Of a stretch of DNA of 64,000 nt, positions 48,372-57,570 are shown piece by piece. The stretch is from Candidatus Peregrinibacteria bacterium (GTDB lineage: Bacteria; Patescibacteriota; Gracilibacteria; UBA1369; UBA12473), in contig JABJMC010000006.1 of NCBI GenBank assembly GCA_018659585.1, positions 33,728 to 97,727 of the forward strand. Direction: 5' to 3'. How positions within the stretch are numbered: position 1 is the stretch's first letter; every line of letters begins with the position of its first letter. The notes below the pieces were generated by a model that made no database searches, had not been told where the DNA came from, and saw nothing but the letters and a program-made list of their open reading frames with translations. The position numbers and the translations under genes were made by a program.

Positions 48372-49091
48372 ATGTCTGAAGAAAACACTGCCGAACTCGT
48401 TTCCTACGAGATTATGGCCATCATCGAGCCCGATGTTACCGAGGCTCAATACAAAAAGCACGTTGATGCTTTGAAAGCCCTTCTTAAAAAAAGTGGTGCC
48501 GAAATCACACACGAACAAGAATGGGGCAAACGCGATTTTGCTTATCCTATCAAGAAGCAAGATAACGGATTTTATGTAGTTCTTAATTTCCAAGGTGTTC
48601 CTTCCGAAATTGTAGAGCTCGAAAATCAACTTCGAATCACTCCTTTTGTGCTTCGTCACTTAATTATCAAAACTCCAGCTGACTATGTGCCGCTTGAGTA
48701 TGATTGGGACGCTGAATTAGAGGAAGAAGTTGTTAAAGAAGAGAAGAAACCTGTGAAAAAACCTGCTCCAGTAGTGGTAAAAGCCAAGGAGGAGGAAGCT
48801 CCAGTCGAGGAGAAAGAAGAAGTCAAAGAAGAGCCAGCCGAAGAAGTAGTTGAAGAGGCTGCTCCAGTTGAGGAAGAAGCTCCAGCCGAGGAGAAAGAAG
48901 AGGCCAAAGAAGAAGTCAAAGAAGAACCAGCCGAAGAAGTCGTTGAGGAGGAAAAACCTGCCAAGGAGGAAGCTCCTGCTAAAAAGGAGAAAGAAGAAGT
49001 TATCACTGATAAAGCCAGTTCAGAGCGTCTTTCTAAATTAGATGAAAAACTCGAAGAACTTCTTAGTTCTGACAATGACCTTAATCTTTAA
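48372..49091 (+). CDS. rpsF: 30S ribosomal protein S6 with long acidic C-terminal extension
   Basis: YEIMAII, WGKRDFAYPIKK, VLRHLI; ~135-aa E/K/A/P/V tail. Confidence 0.93.
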   Translation: MSEENTAELVSYEIMAIIEPDVTEAQYKKHVDALKALLKKSGAEITHEQEWGKRDFAYPIKKQDNGFYVVLNFQGVPSEIVELENQLRITPFVLRHLIIKTPADYVPLEYDWDAELEEEVVKEEKKPVKKPAPVVVKAKEEEAPVEEKEEVKEEPAEEVVEEAAPVEEEAPAEEKEEAKEEVKEEPAEEVVEEEKPAKEEAPAKKEKEEVITDKASSERLSKLDEKLEELLSSDNDLNL

Positions 49092-49103
49092 CCCTAAGTA
49101 ATA

Positions 49104-49316
49104 ATGCCTAACAAGAATCGCAAAAATTTCGGAAAACTTTGCTACCCAGGCACTACTTGGGTAGATTACAAAAATCCAGTTATCAAAAAATACGTTACTA
49201 TTTACGGGCGCATTAAACCTCGTTACTACACAAAAGTGCCGATGGTTGTCCAAAAATCTCTTTCTCGGGCTATCAAAAATGCTCGAATTATGGGGCTCGT
49301 TCCTTTCACCAAATAG
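49104..49316 (+). CDS. rpsR: 30S ribosomal protein S18
   Basis: VDYKN, GRIKPR, QKSLSRAIKNARIMGLVPF. Confidence 0.93.
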   Translation: MPNKNRKNFGKLCYPGTTWVDYKNPVIKKYVTIYGRIKPRYYTKVPMVVQKSLSRAIKNARIMGLVPFTK

Positions 49317-49322
49317 TATTTT

Positions 49323-49982
49323 ATGGCGAAACAGGAACTAGCAATCATCTGTGATTTAGATGGTTTACTCGTAGACAGCGAACCCCTTCACTGGAAGGCG
49401 TATCAATCTGTTTTAGGACAGTATGGTTTGGATATTACCAAGGAAATGTTTATTGAAAGTTGGCTTTCGGGAAAGCATTATGGGACTACTTTTTATCTTA
49501 ACAAAGTAGGTATCAACGATTCTGCGGAAATAGCGGAAATAAGAGAACAAAAATCCGATAAGTTTATTGAATTAGCCACGGGAATATTGCCGTTAATGCC
49601 TGGAGTAGAGGAATTTTTGGATATGTTAGGGGAAAATGAAATTCCGTGCGCCGTTGGAACAGGTGGACACAGCAAAGAATATGATTTTACCAAAGAAGAA
49701 TGTGGACTTGATCGTATTAAAGTTTGGGTTGGTGGTGATGATGTAAAACACAACAAGCCAGCGCCAGATATTTTCTTGGGAGCAGCTGAAAAATTAGGTG
49801 TCAAACCTGAAAACTGCATTATTTTTGAGAATTCAGATATTGGAATGAGTTCGGGGTTAGCCGCGGGTATGAAAGTTGTGGTGATTCCAAGCCCGTACAC
49901 AAAAGGACAAGACTTTACCGGGGCAAATAAGGTATTATCTTCTTTGAGCGAAGTTACTCCTGACTTGCTTTCCAGTCTCTAA
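49323..49982 (+). CDS. HAD-family phosphatase (beta-PGM/CbbY-like)
   Basis: DLDGLLVDSE, KPAPDIF, FENS. Confidence 0.9.
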   Translation: MAKQELAIICDLDGLLVDSEPLHWKAYQSVLGQYGLDITKEMFIESWLSGKHYGTTFYLNKVGINDSAEIAEIREQKSDKFIELATGILPLMPGVEEFLDMLGENEIPCAVGTGGHSKEYDFTKEECGLDRIKVWVGGDDVKHNKPAPDIFLGAAEKLGVKPENCIIFENSDIGMSSGLAAGMKVVVIPSPYTKGQDFTGANKVLSSLSEVTPDLLSSL

Positions 49983-49992
49983 CAAAATTTTC

Positions 49993-51084
49993 ATGCGATT
50001 TGTGGTTAAAATCGGAACAAATCTTCTGACTAATGAAGATAATTCTTTAAATACCAATTTTATTCAGCATATTGTGGATCAAGTTGCCTCTTTGCACAAG
50101 AAAGGACACGAAGCAATTATTGTTACCTCTGGGGCCGTGGCCGCGGGCCGTAAAAGCGTTGATTTAAAAAAAGAATCCAAAAATATTCCCTATCGCCAAG
50201 CCTTAGCCGCGATTGGACAAACTTATCTGTTAGAAACCTATCAGAAGAGTTTTGAAAAATACGATATTGTGATTGGACAGGTGCTACTGACCATGGTGGA
50301 TTTGGAACATCACCAGAATTTTTTGAGCACCCGCAATACCATGGAGCTTTTGCTCAAAATGAAGACGGTTCCCATTTTAAATGAGAACGATGTTACTACT
50401 TTTGACGAGATTAAATTTGGGGACAATGATAATCTTTCGGCGCACATTGCCAGCCTTTTGAATGCTGACAAATTACTGCTTTTAACAGATGTGGGGGGAG
50501 TTTATGATAGCAATCCTAAGGAGAATCCAAACGCTAAGTGTCTTCGTGTTATTGAAAAAGTTGATGAATCAATTTTGAGTCTGGCTGATGGCGGTTCAGA
50601 TAAAGGCATAGGTGGCATGGAAAGTAAGCTCAAATCCGCTCAGTTTGCGACCGAAGCCGGAGTCGATGTTTGGATTGCAGACGGAAACGAGGAAAACGTA
50701 ATAATAGATTTAGTAGAAGAGAAAAAACATCACGGGACTCATTTTCAAAAACAATTTGGATCCAAAGAAACGCGCCGCAAATGGCTTCAAACCAAACAGG
50801 TCAAAGGCGCTTCTATCACCCTAGACGAAGGTGCTGTTAAAGCTCTTTTGGAGCGTGGAAAAAGTTTGCTTTCTTCGGGGATTACCGCTGTTGAGGGTGA
50901 ATTTGAACGCGGTAATGTGGTGGTAATTCTTGGTCCCAATAAAGAAAAAGTTGGTTTTGGGCAGGTGAATTATAATGCCGAGGAATTAGTTAAAATAAAA
51001 GGCGCTCAATCTGAAGAAATAGAAAAAATCTTGGGTTATGCCCTTGAAAAAGAAGCAATTCATCGCGACAATATGGTGGTCTAA
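49993..51084 (+). CDS. proB: Glutamate 5-kinase
   Basis: VVKIGT, TSGAVAAG, NENDV, FGDND, GGMESK, C-terminal PUA domain IHRDN. Confidence 0.96.
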   Translation: MRFVVKIGTNLLTNEDNSLNTNFIQHIVDQVASLHKKGHEAIIVTSGAVAAGRKSVDLKKESKNIPYRQALAAIGQTYLLETYQKSFEKYDIVIGQVLLTMVDLEHHQNFLSTRNTMELLLKMKTVPILNENDVTTFDEIKFGDNDNLSAHIASLLNADKLLLLTDVGGVYDSNPKENPNAKCLRVIEKVDESILSLADGGSDKGIGGMESKLKSAQFATEAGVDVWIADGNEENVIIDLVEEKKHHGTHFQKQFGSKETRRKWLQTKQVKGASITLDEGAVKALLERGKSLLSSGITAVEGEFERGNVVVILGPNKEKVGFGQVNYNAEELVKIKGAQSEEIEKILGYALEKEAIHRDNMVV

Positions 51085-51165
51085 ATTTTGGTTCTCTAGT
51101 AAACAGGTTGAAAAAGTTGGGAAAATTTGGTAAAATATATAGAAATAAAAATAAAATAAATTCAC

Positions 51166-51666
51166 GTGAAAGAAATACCCAACGAACAAAACTTAGAAAA
51201 AAGTAAACCTTTGCTTACTTGGGCTGCTCCGGAATTCATCAAGCATTCCAAAACCGAGAAATGGTTTTACGTAGCTGGGTTTTTGGTGGCACTGCTAGTT
51301 TTGTATGCTTTGTGGAGTGGTTCTTGGACAATGGCCATTGCCTTTATTGTGCTGGCTGGTGTTTATTACATCTCTCATCACAAAGACCCTGGCGAGGTGA
51401 CTATTAGTCTTAGTCATTTTGGGGTAAAAATTGGTAATCGACAGATTCCTTACAACCAAATCAAAGCTTTTTGGATTATTTATCATCCTCCGCATGTTAA
51501 GACTCTAAAACTTTTGACAACTGATAAGTGGATGTCAGAAATGACTATTCAACTAGAAAATCAGTCTCCCGGAGAAGTGCGAACTATTTTGATGAAGCAC
51601 GTCCCTGAATATGAAGGGAAAGGGGAATCCTTTGTCGATACTCTAATCCGCTTGGCTAAACTTTAA
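51166..51666 (+). CDS. Conserved CPR two-TM membrane protein
   Basis: LTWAAPEF..K..KWF, two TM helices, PH-like IPYNQIKAFWI. Confidence 0.75.
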   Translation: MKEIPNEQNLEKSKPLLTWAAPEFIKHSKTEKWFYVAGFLVALLVLYALWSGSWTMAIAFIVLAGVYYISHHKDPGEVTISLSHFGVKIGNRQIPYNQIKAFWIIYHPPHVKTLKLLTTDKWMSEMTIQLENQSPGEVRTILMKHVPEYEGKGESFVDTLIRLAKL

Positions 51667-53639
51667 TGATTATGTTTTACGAAAACAAAATAATTTGGAA
51701 AAAGAACCGAGAGGAGCGTCGCGCCGAACGTGAGGCTCGTCGCCTTGAACGACAAGGCTTAGAAGAATTTGATGCCGTGGCTGAAACTACAGATGAGTTG
51801 TCAGATTTAACACACGAATTAATTGAACCTCGACCAGCTGAAACAGAATTAGAAGAATTAATTGATGAAATCGATATTAAGAAAATCGATATGAGTCGTA
51901 ATTTAATGAGTCAGGAAGCGAATCTTTATATAAATGGGCTTGATGATGAAACAGATCTATTTAAGAAAAGTTTTGCCGAGGATTTGAAAAAAACCCTAAT
52001 GGCTCGAGATATTCCTATGCGTGAAAAAGGAAAAACAATCTACAACGATACAGATTTCCAGTATCGACGTTATATTGATGATGTTAGAGAGCAGTATCAC
52101 GTGGAAGTCTGGGAGATTGACCAAAAAATTAAAGAAGCCGTGGCTAGGGGCGAAAGTGAAGAAGATGCCGTTGAATACTATCGAGAAGAATTTGATAAGC
52201 TAACTGAAAACGCAATTGTTGTTTTGGAAGCCTACAACAAAGCAATTCGGATGCTATTAGCTGTGGCTGGAAGCCAAACTGGCGTAGATAATTATATTGA
52301 TGGTGGGGCTGAATGGAGTGAATTAGATGGATTTAATCGGAATGGTCGCGAATTAATGGAAAAAATGAGCCCGCCAGCGGGGATTTTGAGAGATTCGATG
52401 TCTTCAGATTTTGATATTGGCGCTTTTAGTTTAGAAAACATGGGTGATTGTGGTGAGAGTATTCAAATTATTGGCAAAATCCATGAAGGCGTAGAGCCAC
52501 TTACTTCTGATGACTACAATCATGTAATTGATTCAATTGAAGTGTTTTTTGACCACAGTTTTGACCCCGAAACATCCGCTTCTTTAGAAAGATCCATTCG
52601 GGTTGTTGAGGATACGGGAATGATGACCGCAGTTTACGCTATGAATCAAAAACAACGTTATGAATTGGGAAAACATATTGTGGAAAGATTTAAAAAAGAC
52701 GATCCCGATCAAGCTAAAAAAGGAATAGAATTTTTAACGAGTACAAGTGTCCTAGATGTTGGCCAAGCTCAGAATCTTCTAGAAGAGGGAATTGGGTGGG
52801 CCGCTGTATTTGATGACGAAGAATTAGAAGAAATTCACGCTATCCGCGATCAACTTGAGCAGTTACGCAAGCAATGTGCTCGTGATATGAAAAAAGGATT
52901 GCCCATGAATATGGCCATGGAAAAGATTACTGGCTCAAACGGAATTCTTTATGAAATTGTTTTCCGCTTTGCCGCAATTGGAACGGTTTTACCATTTGTT
53001 TTGGGAATTAAAAACCCTGGGAATTGGGGTGAAATTGTTACTAATCCGATGTGGCTCGGATGTTTGGCTGTTTCGGGAGTGACTTTGGACCACGTAACTG
53101 GAGGGATTGGTAGTGGTTATACCTCGCAAGCAATTGCCGGGATTGGAGCCAAAACCGAAACTACCGAAGAATCTGAGGATCGCTATAAGTGGGCCGCCTT
53201 TAACCGCGTTGTCGGTGATAATTATCAGGCTCGAAAATATTTATTGGGATCCCGAATAGAAGGTTCTGACGGTTTTGAATATGACGCTGAAGTTTTGGGA
53301 GACATTATGTTGATGGCTCTGGATAGCGAAGAAAATATTTCGGATTTCCACTTTGATTTCGATGAATTTATTGAATATCAAATGGAAGAAGAACTTCATC
53401 ACTTATCACAAACTGACCCTGATCTTGAGAACCCAGAGGAAGAAGCTCTCACGGTTTTGGCGGAACGATATGGAGCGACTTTAAATGATCAAGATCCATT
53501 AGGAATGACCCCTCCCGAAGGAATAGACGGTGTTGCTGATATTTGCGACCAACTTTTCCGAGTTATGGAAGCTAAAGAGTTGGGGGATGCCTTATTGATT
53601 TTTGAGGAGTCTGACGAAAAACGTGGAATTAATAATTAA
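51666..53639 (+). CDS. Large acidic hypothetical protein with hydrophobic hairpin
   Basis: 657-aa ORF, TAATG coupling with the upstream gene. Confidence 0.8.
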   Translation: MIMFYENKIIWKKNREERRAEREARRLERQGLEEFDAVAETTDELSDLTHELIEPRPAETELEELIDEIDIKKIDMSRNLMSQEANLYINGLDDETDLFKKSFAEDLKKTLMARDIPMREKGKTIYNDTDFQYRRYIDDVREQYHVEVWEIDQKIKEAVARGESEEDAVEYYREEFDKLTENAIVVLEAYNKAIRMLLAVAGSQTGVDNYIDGGAEWSELDGFNRNGRELMEKMSPPAGILRDSMSSDFDIGAFSLENMGDCGESIQIIGKIHEGVEPLTSDDYNHVIDSIEVFFDHSFDPETSASLERSIRVVEDTGMMTAVYAMNQKQRYELGKHIVERFKKDDPDQAKKGIEFLTSTSVLDVGQAQNLLEEGIGWAAVFDDEELEEIHAIRDQLEQLRKQCARDMKKGLPMNMAMEKITGSNGILYEIVFRFAAIGTVLPFVLGIKNPGNWGEIVTNPMWLGCLAVSGVTLDHVTGGIGSGYTSQAIAGIGAKTETTEESEDRYKWAAFNRVVGDNYQARKYLLGSRIEGSDGFEYDAEVLGDIMLMALDSEENISDFHFDFDEFIEYQMEEELHHLSQTDPDLENPEEEALTVLAERYGATLNDQDPLGMTPPEGIDGVADICDQLFRVMEAKELGDALLIFEESDEKRGINN

Positions 53640-53644
53640 CTTTT

Positions 53645-55105
53645 ATGTCTGACGAAAAACCACAATTCGAAATCTCTGCTGATGAGTTGATGTGGGATCA
53701 AATAGATCTCGACGCATCCTTGTCTCCAGAAGAGGCTAAAAAATATAAAAACCTTATCGGTGGTGGTTTGATTTTTGTAGATCCAATTGGCAATAACAAT
53801 GCCAATGATTTCATGTATCTTTCGGAAGGAGATATTGAATCAATGATTTCTGAACACAGAGTTCCTGGAGATCGCAAAGTTTGGCTACATTCTTCTTACG
53901 GAGGAGAACTAGAAACTACTCTTGGTGAAATTAAACGCACTCGATTTATTGGTATTGTTGATGAAGACGGACAACCAATGACTTTCTCCGCACCAGTACA
54001 TGTGTCAGGAAAATTACTGCCAATTTTTTCTTTACCACCTGCCAATCAGAAACCAAATAAAGAAAAATCACATCAAGAATCCCATGAAACCGAAGCCGAT
54101 AAAAAAGATAAAGAAGAAGAAAGTCCCTTAATCGCCAAAATCAACGAAGATTTTGAAAACGGCTTAATCACCGAAGAGCAACGCGATGAATTTATTCAAC
54201 TCGCCGAAGAAGAAAATTTAATTTACGTGGATATTAATGGCACGCCGCAATATCTTTCCAAGGAATACGTGCAATGGTTAATTGATGAGGGAAATGATCC
54301 TAGTTTAGAGGTTGAAATAGTATTGTCAGCCACGGGCGAACATGAGGGTGAAAAAGTAGCTTTGGAAGAATTAATTCCAATTTTAGATCGCCCAGATTCC
54401 GGTGGTGTTAGCAATCGCGTCGAAGAATCTAGCGTGGACGAAGAGAGTAAAGAAAAAGACATTCCAACTGATGCCGTTCCAATCCCCGAAGAAAAAGAGG
54501 GAGATGCGGACCCAAATCACATAGATTTACCAGAAGGATTTGCTCCACCAGAAAATCTCCAATCTTTATCTAATGATCTGCCAAAAGTTTCGGCAGCCCT
54601 TCCTGGCGACGGAACTCTAGAAGAAAAAGATAGCATCAAAGTGTCTCACAAGGGAAGAGAGGAAGGAGTGGCTTTAAGTGATCGACCACATCAGATGTTA
54701 GTGGATCTTGGAGAAGAACAAGCAGAACTCGAGGAAGATAATCCTATGGACATGCTTCCGGATGGAATCAAAGCTCCACAAGCTCCTCAAAAAGGACCGG
54801 CTGGCCAGCAACAACAAAAACAGAAAGATGCCGAAAAAGAAGCTGCTAAAAAACAACAAAAAAACGTTGACGATCAATTGAAGAAATCTGAAGAAGACGG
54901 AGAAAAGGAAGATGAACAAAAACCAAATCGTGTGAATAATAATTCTTTTCGGAGTGGTGGAGGAAAAGGAATCCTGCGAAAAGCTGCGCCGTGGGCTGTT
55001 GGGGGAGGGATAGGCCTTGGGATGGCTAGTCCGTTTGCTTTAAATTCTCTTAGTGCTAGTGCCCACTATGAACCGTTATTATCTCTAATTTCTATACTTG
55101 TTTAA
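53645..55105 (+). CDS. Acidic low-complexity protein with C-terminal hydrophobic anchor
   Basis: 486 aa; C-terminal AAPWAVGGGIGLGMASPF. Confidence 0.8.
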   Translation: MSDEKPQFEISADELMWDQIDLDASLSPEEAKKYKNLIGGGLIFVDPIGNNNANDFMYLSEGDIESMISEHRVPGDRKVWLHSSYGGELETTLGEIKRTRFIGIVDEDGQPMTFSAPVHVSGKLLPIFSLPPANQKPNKEKSHQESHETEADKKDKEEESPLIAKINEDFENGLITEEQRDEFIQLAEEENLIYVDINGTPQYLSKEYVQWLIDEGNDPSLEVEIVLSATGEHEGEKVALEELIPILDRPDSGGVSNRVEESSVDEESKEKDIPTDAVPIPEEKEGDADPNHIDLPEGFAPPENLQSLSNDLPKVSAALPGDGTLEEKDSIKVSHKGREEGVALSDRPHQMLVDLGEEQAELEEDNPMDMLPDGIKAPQAPQKGPAGQQQQKQKDAEKEAAKKQQKNVDDQLKKSEEDGEKEDEQKPNRVNNNSFRSGGGKGILRKAAPWAVGGGIGLGMASPFALNSLSASAHYEPLLSLISILV

Positions 55106-55114
55106 AAAATCATC

Positions 55115-57508
55115 ATGAAAAAGTGGCTTACAAAAATCAAAAATTGGATCGATAACAAAGGATTAATAAAAATCTTAGTCCCACTCGCTGTCTTGGTAAT
55201 TGCCATAGTGGTTCTACCAGATATAGTGGGAGCAGATGAACCTAGCGAGGCTTCAAAAAAAGTCGAAGAGGTAAAAGCAAACCTAGTGGCCACAGTCATT
55301 ACTTTCCACGCCTTTTTACAGGCTTTATTGTACCCAGTGGTGATGATTGCGAGTGCTTTAATGGATAACGAAATTCTTTTGAGTCCAGAAATGGAAAGTA
55401 AGATTTTGGGTATTTGGGTGGAAATTCGAAACTGGGTAAATATTATTTTTGTTTTAGTGTTGGTGGGAATTGCGCTTTATAACGTTATGGGTGTTGCCGG
55501 TGATGGTAGTAATTACGCCTTAAAAGCTATTTTGCCGAAAATTGTGATTGGTTTGATTGCTGTGAATTTCTCGTTCTTAGCAGTGAAACTAATGATTGAT
55601 TCGGTGGGAGTGTTAACCGAGGCGGTGTATGCTTTACCAACGAATTTTATAACCTGGGATAGTTATGCCGATGATCTAGAATTGCGGTTATGTAGAAGTA
55701 GTGAAAGCAGTACTGCAGAAGGTGAAAAAGTGAAGGATTTAGGCCCCAAAAAGGTAAAAGATGCCTCGGTTTTGGGTATGATTTTTTGTGAAATCGAAAA
55801 CCCTGAGGCTGCGGCTGATGATAAGGTGTTAAGCGGTCTTTTTAGTCCCACTGGAGAAACTTATTTCAGTCATTTTGGAGAACATAATGCCACGGCCTCG
55901 ATTATGATTAATATGGGCTTAACCGCGGATGCTGATGTGGTTAAGTTAGACGAGGGAGGATTAGATGAGTTAGCAGCCATGGCGATTCACGCTTTATTTG
56001 GAATTTTCTTGTTTTTAATGTTTGGATTTGCCTTTGTGGCGTTGGTGGTGGTGCTCATTGCTCGATTGATTATTTTGTGGATTTGTTTAGCCTTATCGCC
56101 ACTAATTGTGCTGTTCTTTGTATTCCCAGATATTGCTAATTTTGGGGGTGGAGAAATGGATCTTAAAGATAAATTCTTAAAGCACTTATTTGTGCCTTTG
56201 GTAATTGGAGTGGTGCTTTCCATTGGCTTTACTATGTTAAATGTTTTATATGACTCTGAATCTGGACAATGGACCAAGCAATTAGGTCCCAATGTTGAAT
56301 TTGGTCAGTTAGATACAACTTCCGTTGATGTGGCCGAAATGACCACTACTTTAGGAAAAGACATTACTGACTTCCAAGATTTATTAATTGCGATTTGTGC
56401 AGTGTTGATTATTTGGATTGGAGTATTTGCAGCCGCGGATCAGACAGTGGCTAGCAGTGTTACTTCTACTATTAAGGGTGCTGGTGAAAGTGTTGGTAAG
56501 TTCATTGCCAAGACTCCACTCTATATGACTACTATCCCTGTGCCAGGTATGGGTGACGAAAAAGGTGATATGTCGTTGATGTCATTGATGAAATTGCCGA
56601 AGATGAAGGCTAATGCTCGGGATAATAAAAGTTCCGAACAAGCACGAGACGTTGGTAAACATATTGGAATGCTAGAGGCTGATTTAGGTGATAAGTTTGA
56701 GGACTCAAAAACAAAAATGCGTGATGCTACGGGTGGTCCAGCGGAAGCACAGGTTTTACAAGAATATATGATGAATAAAGGTGCTGATGATAACCAGGGT
56801 TACATTGCTAAACTTTTAGGAGAGTCAGAAGGGTTAGGTTTAAATAATCCAGGTTGGCAAGAAAAAATTAAAGAATGGAAAGAGGATGGTACGCTAGCAA
56901 GTCAATTAGAATCAGGAGAATTACATGAGCATATCAACGGTGTGTCTTCTGGCGGGTTAGACCCAACTGAGGGTGATGGTTGGGGGACTTCAGATGTTTC
57001 CGATGGCTCCGCCTCTGGTAGTGCTGGTACAGATTCTGGTGACAGTAGTACAACTTCTACGACTGATGTAGGCACTGACTTATCTACCCTTAATGATGAA
57101 GGTCATGAAAATATGGATGATGATGAAGCCGCTCCTGTTAGACAACAAATAGTTAGTGGCTTATTAACTGCTGGTAGTGACCAAGAACCTACTATGCAAG
57201 GAGCCTTTAGTGGTATTAATTTTGAAGATGAGAATGACCAAGTTAGAGCCAATTTAGAAGCAACTTTAACTGAGGCTCGAACGGGTGGTCGAAAGAGTGG
57301 AGAAATAAGTACTATTATTAATGAAGCCTTTGATGGAATGGCTATTGGTGGTGATGGCAAGATTAGTGCCGCGCAATATACGGAGCGTTTGAAAGATGCT
57401 ATAACTGCTCATCCACCGAAGCCAGCCACTGCTGAAGAAGCTCCTGGTGAAGGTGAGCCTCTGGTTCCTCCCTCTCCAACTCCGGGAGGAGGGGAAGAGG
57501 AAGGATAA
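55115..57508 (+). CDS. Polytopic membrane protein, VirB6/TrbL-like CPR family
   Basis: WVEIRNWVNIIF, LPKIVIGLIAVNFSFL..MID, ARLIILW..LSPL; Gly/Ser/Asp-rich C-terminus. Confidence 0.7.
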   Translation: MKKWLTKIKNWIDNKGLIKILVPLAVLVIAIVVLPDIVGADEPSEASKKVEEVKANLVATVITFHAFLQALLYPVVMIASALMDNEILLSPEMESKILGIWVEIRNWVNIIFVLVLVGIALYNVMGVAGDGSNYALKAILPKIVIGLIAVNFSFLAVKLMIDSVGVLTEAVYALPTNFITWDSYADDLELRLCRSSESSTAEGEKVKDLGPKKVKDASVLGMIFCEIENPEAAADDKVLSGLFSPTGETYFSHFGEHNATASIMINMGLTADADVVKLDEGGLDELAAMAIHALFGIFLFLMFGFAFVALVVVLIARLIILWICLALSPLIVLFFVFPDIANFGGGEMDLKDKFLKHLFVPLVIGVVLSIGFTMLNVLYDSESGQWTKQLGPNVEFGQLDTTSVDVAEMTTTLGKDITDFQDLLIAICAVLIIWIGVFAAADQTVASSVTSTIKGAGESVGKFIAKTPLYMTTIPVPGMGDEKGDMSLMSLMKLPKMKANARDNKSSEQARDVGKHIGMLEADLGDKFEDSKTKMRDATGGPAEAQVLQEYMMNKGADDNQGYIAKLLGESEGLGLNNPGWQEKIKEWKEDGTLASQLESGELHEHINGVSSGGLDPTEGDGWGTSDVSDGSASGSAGTDSGDSSTTSTTDVGTDLSTLNDEGHENMDDDEAAPVRQQIVSGLLTAGSDQEPTMQGAFSGINFEDENDQVRANLEATLTEARTGGRKSGEISTIINEAFDGMAIGGDGKISAAQYTERLKDAITAHPPKPATAEEAPGEGEPLVPPSPTPGGGEEEG

Positions 57509-57570
57509 TCAGCCTAAGTCTTGACAAATAATATATAAATGATATAAAGATAGAAAAATAAAAAAATATT

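Noticed and set aside
48683-49075. Ser-rich antisense ORF
   Set aside because: Mirror of the GAA-rich rpsF tail.
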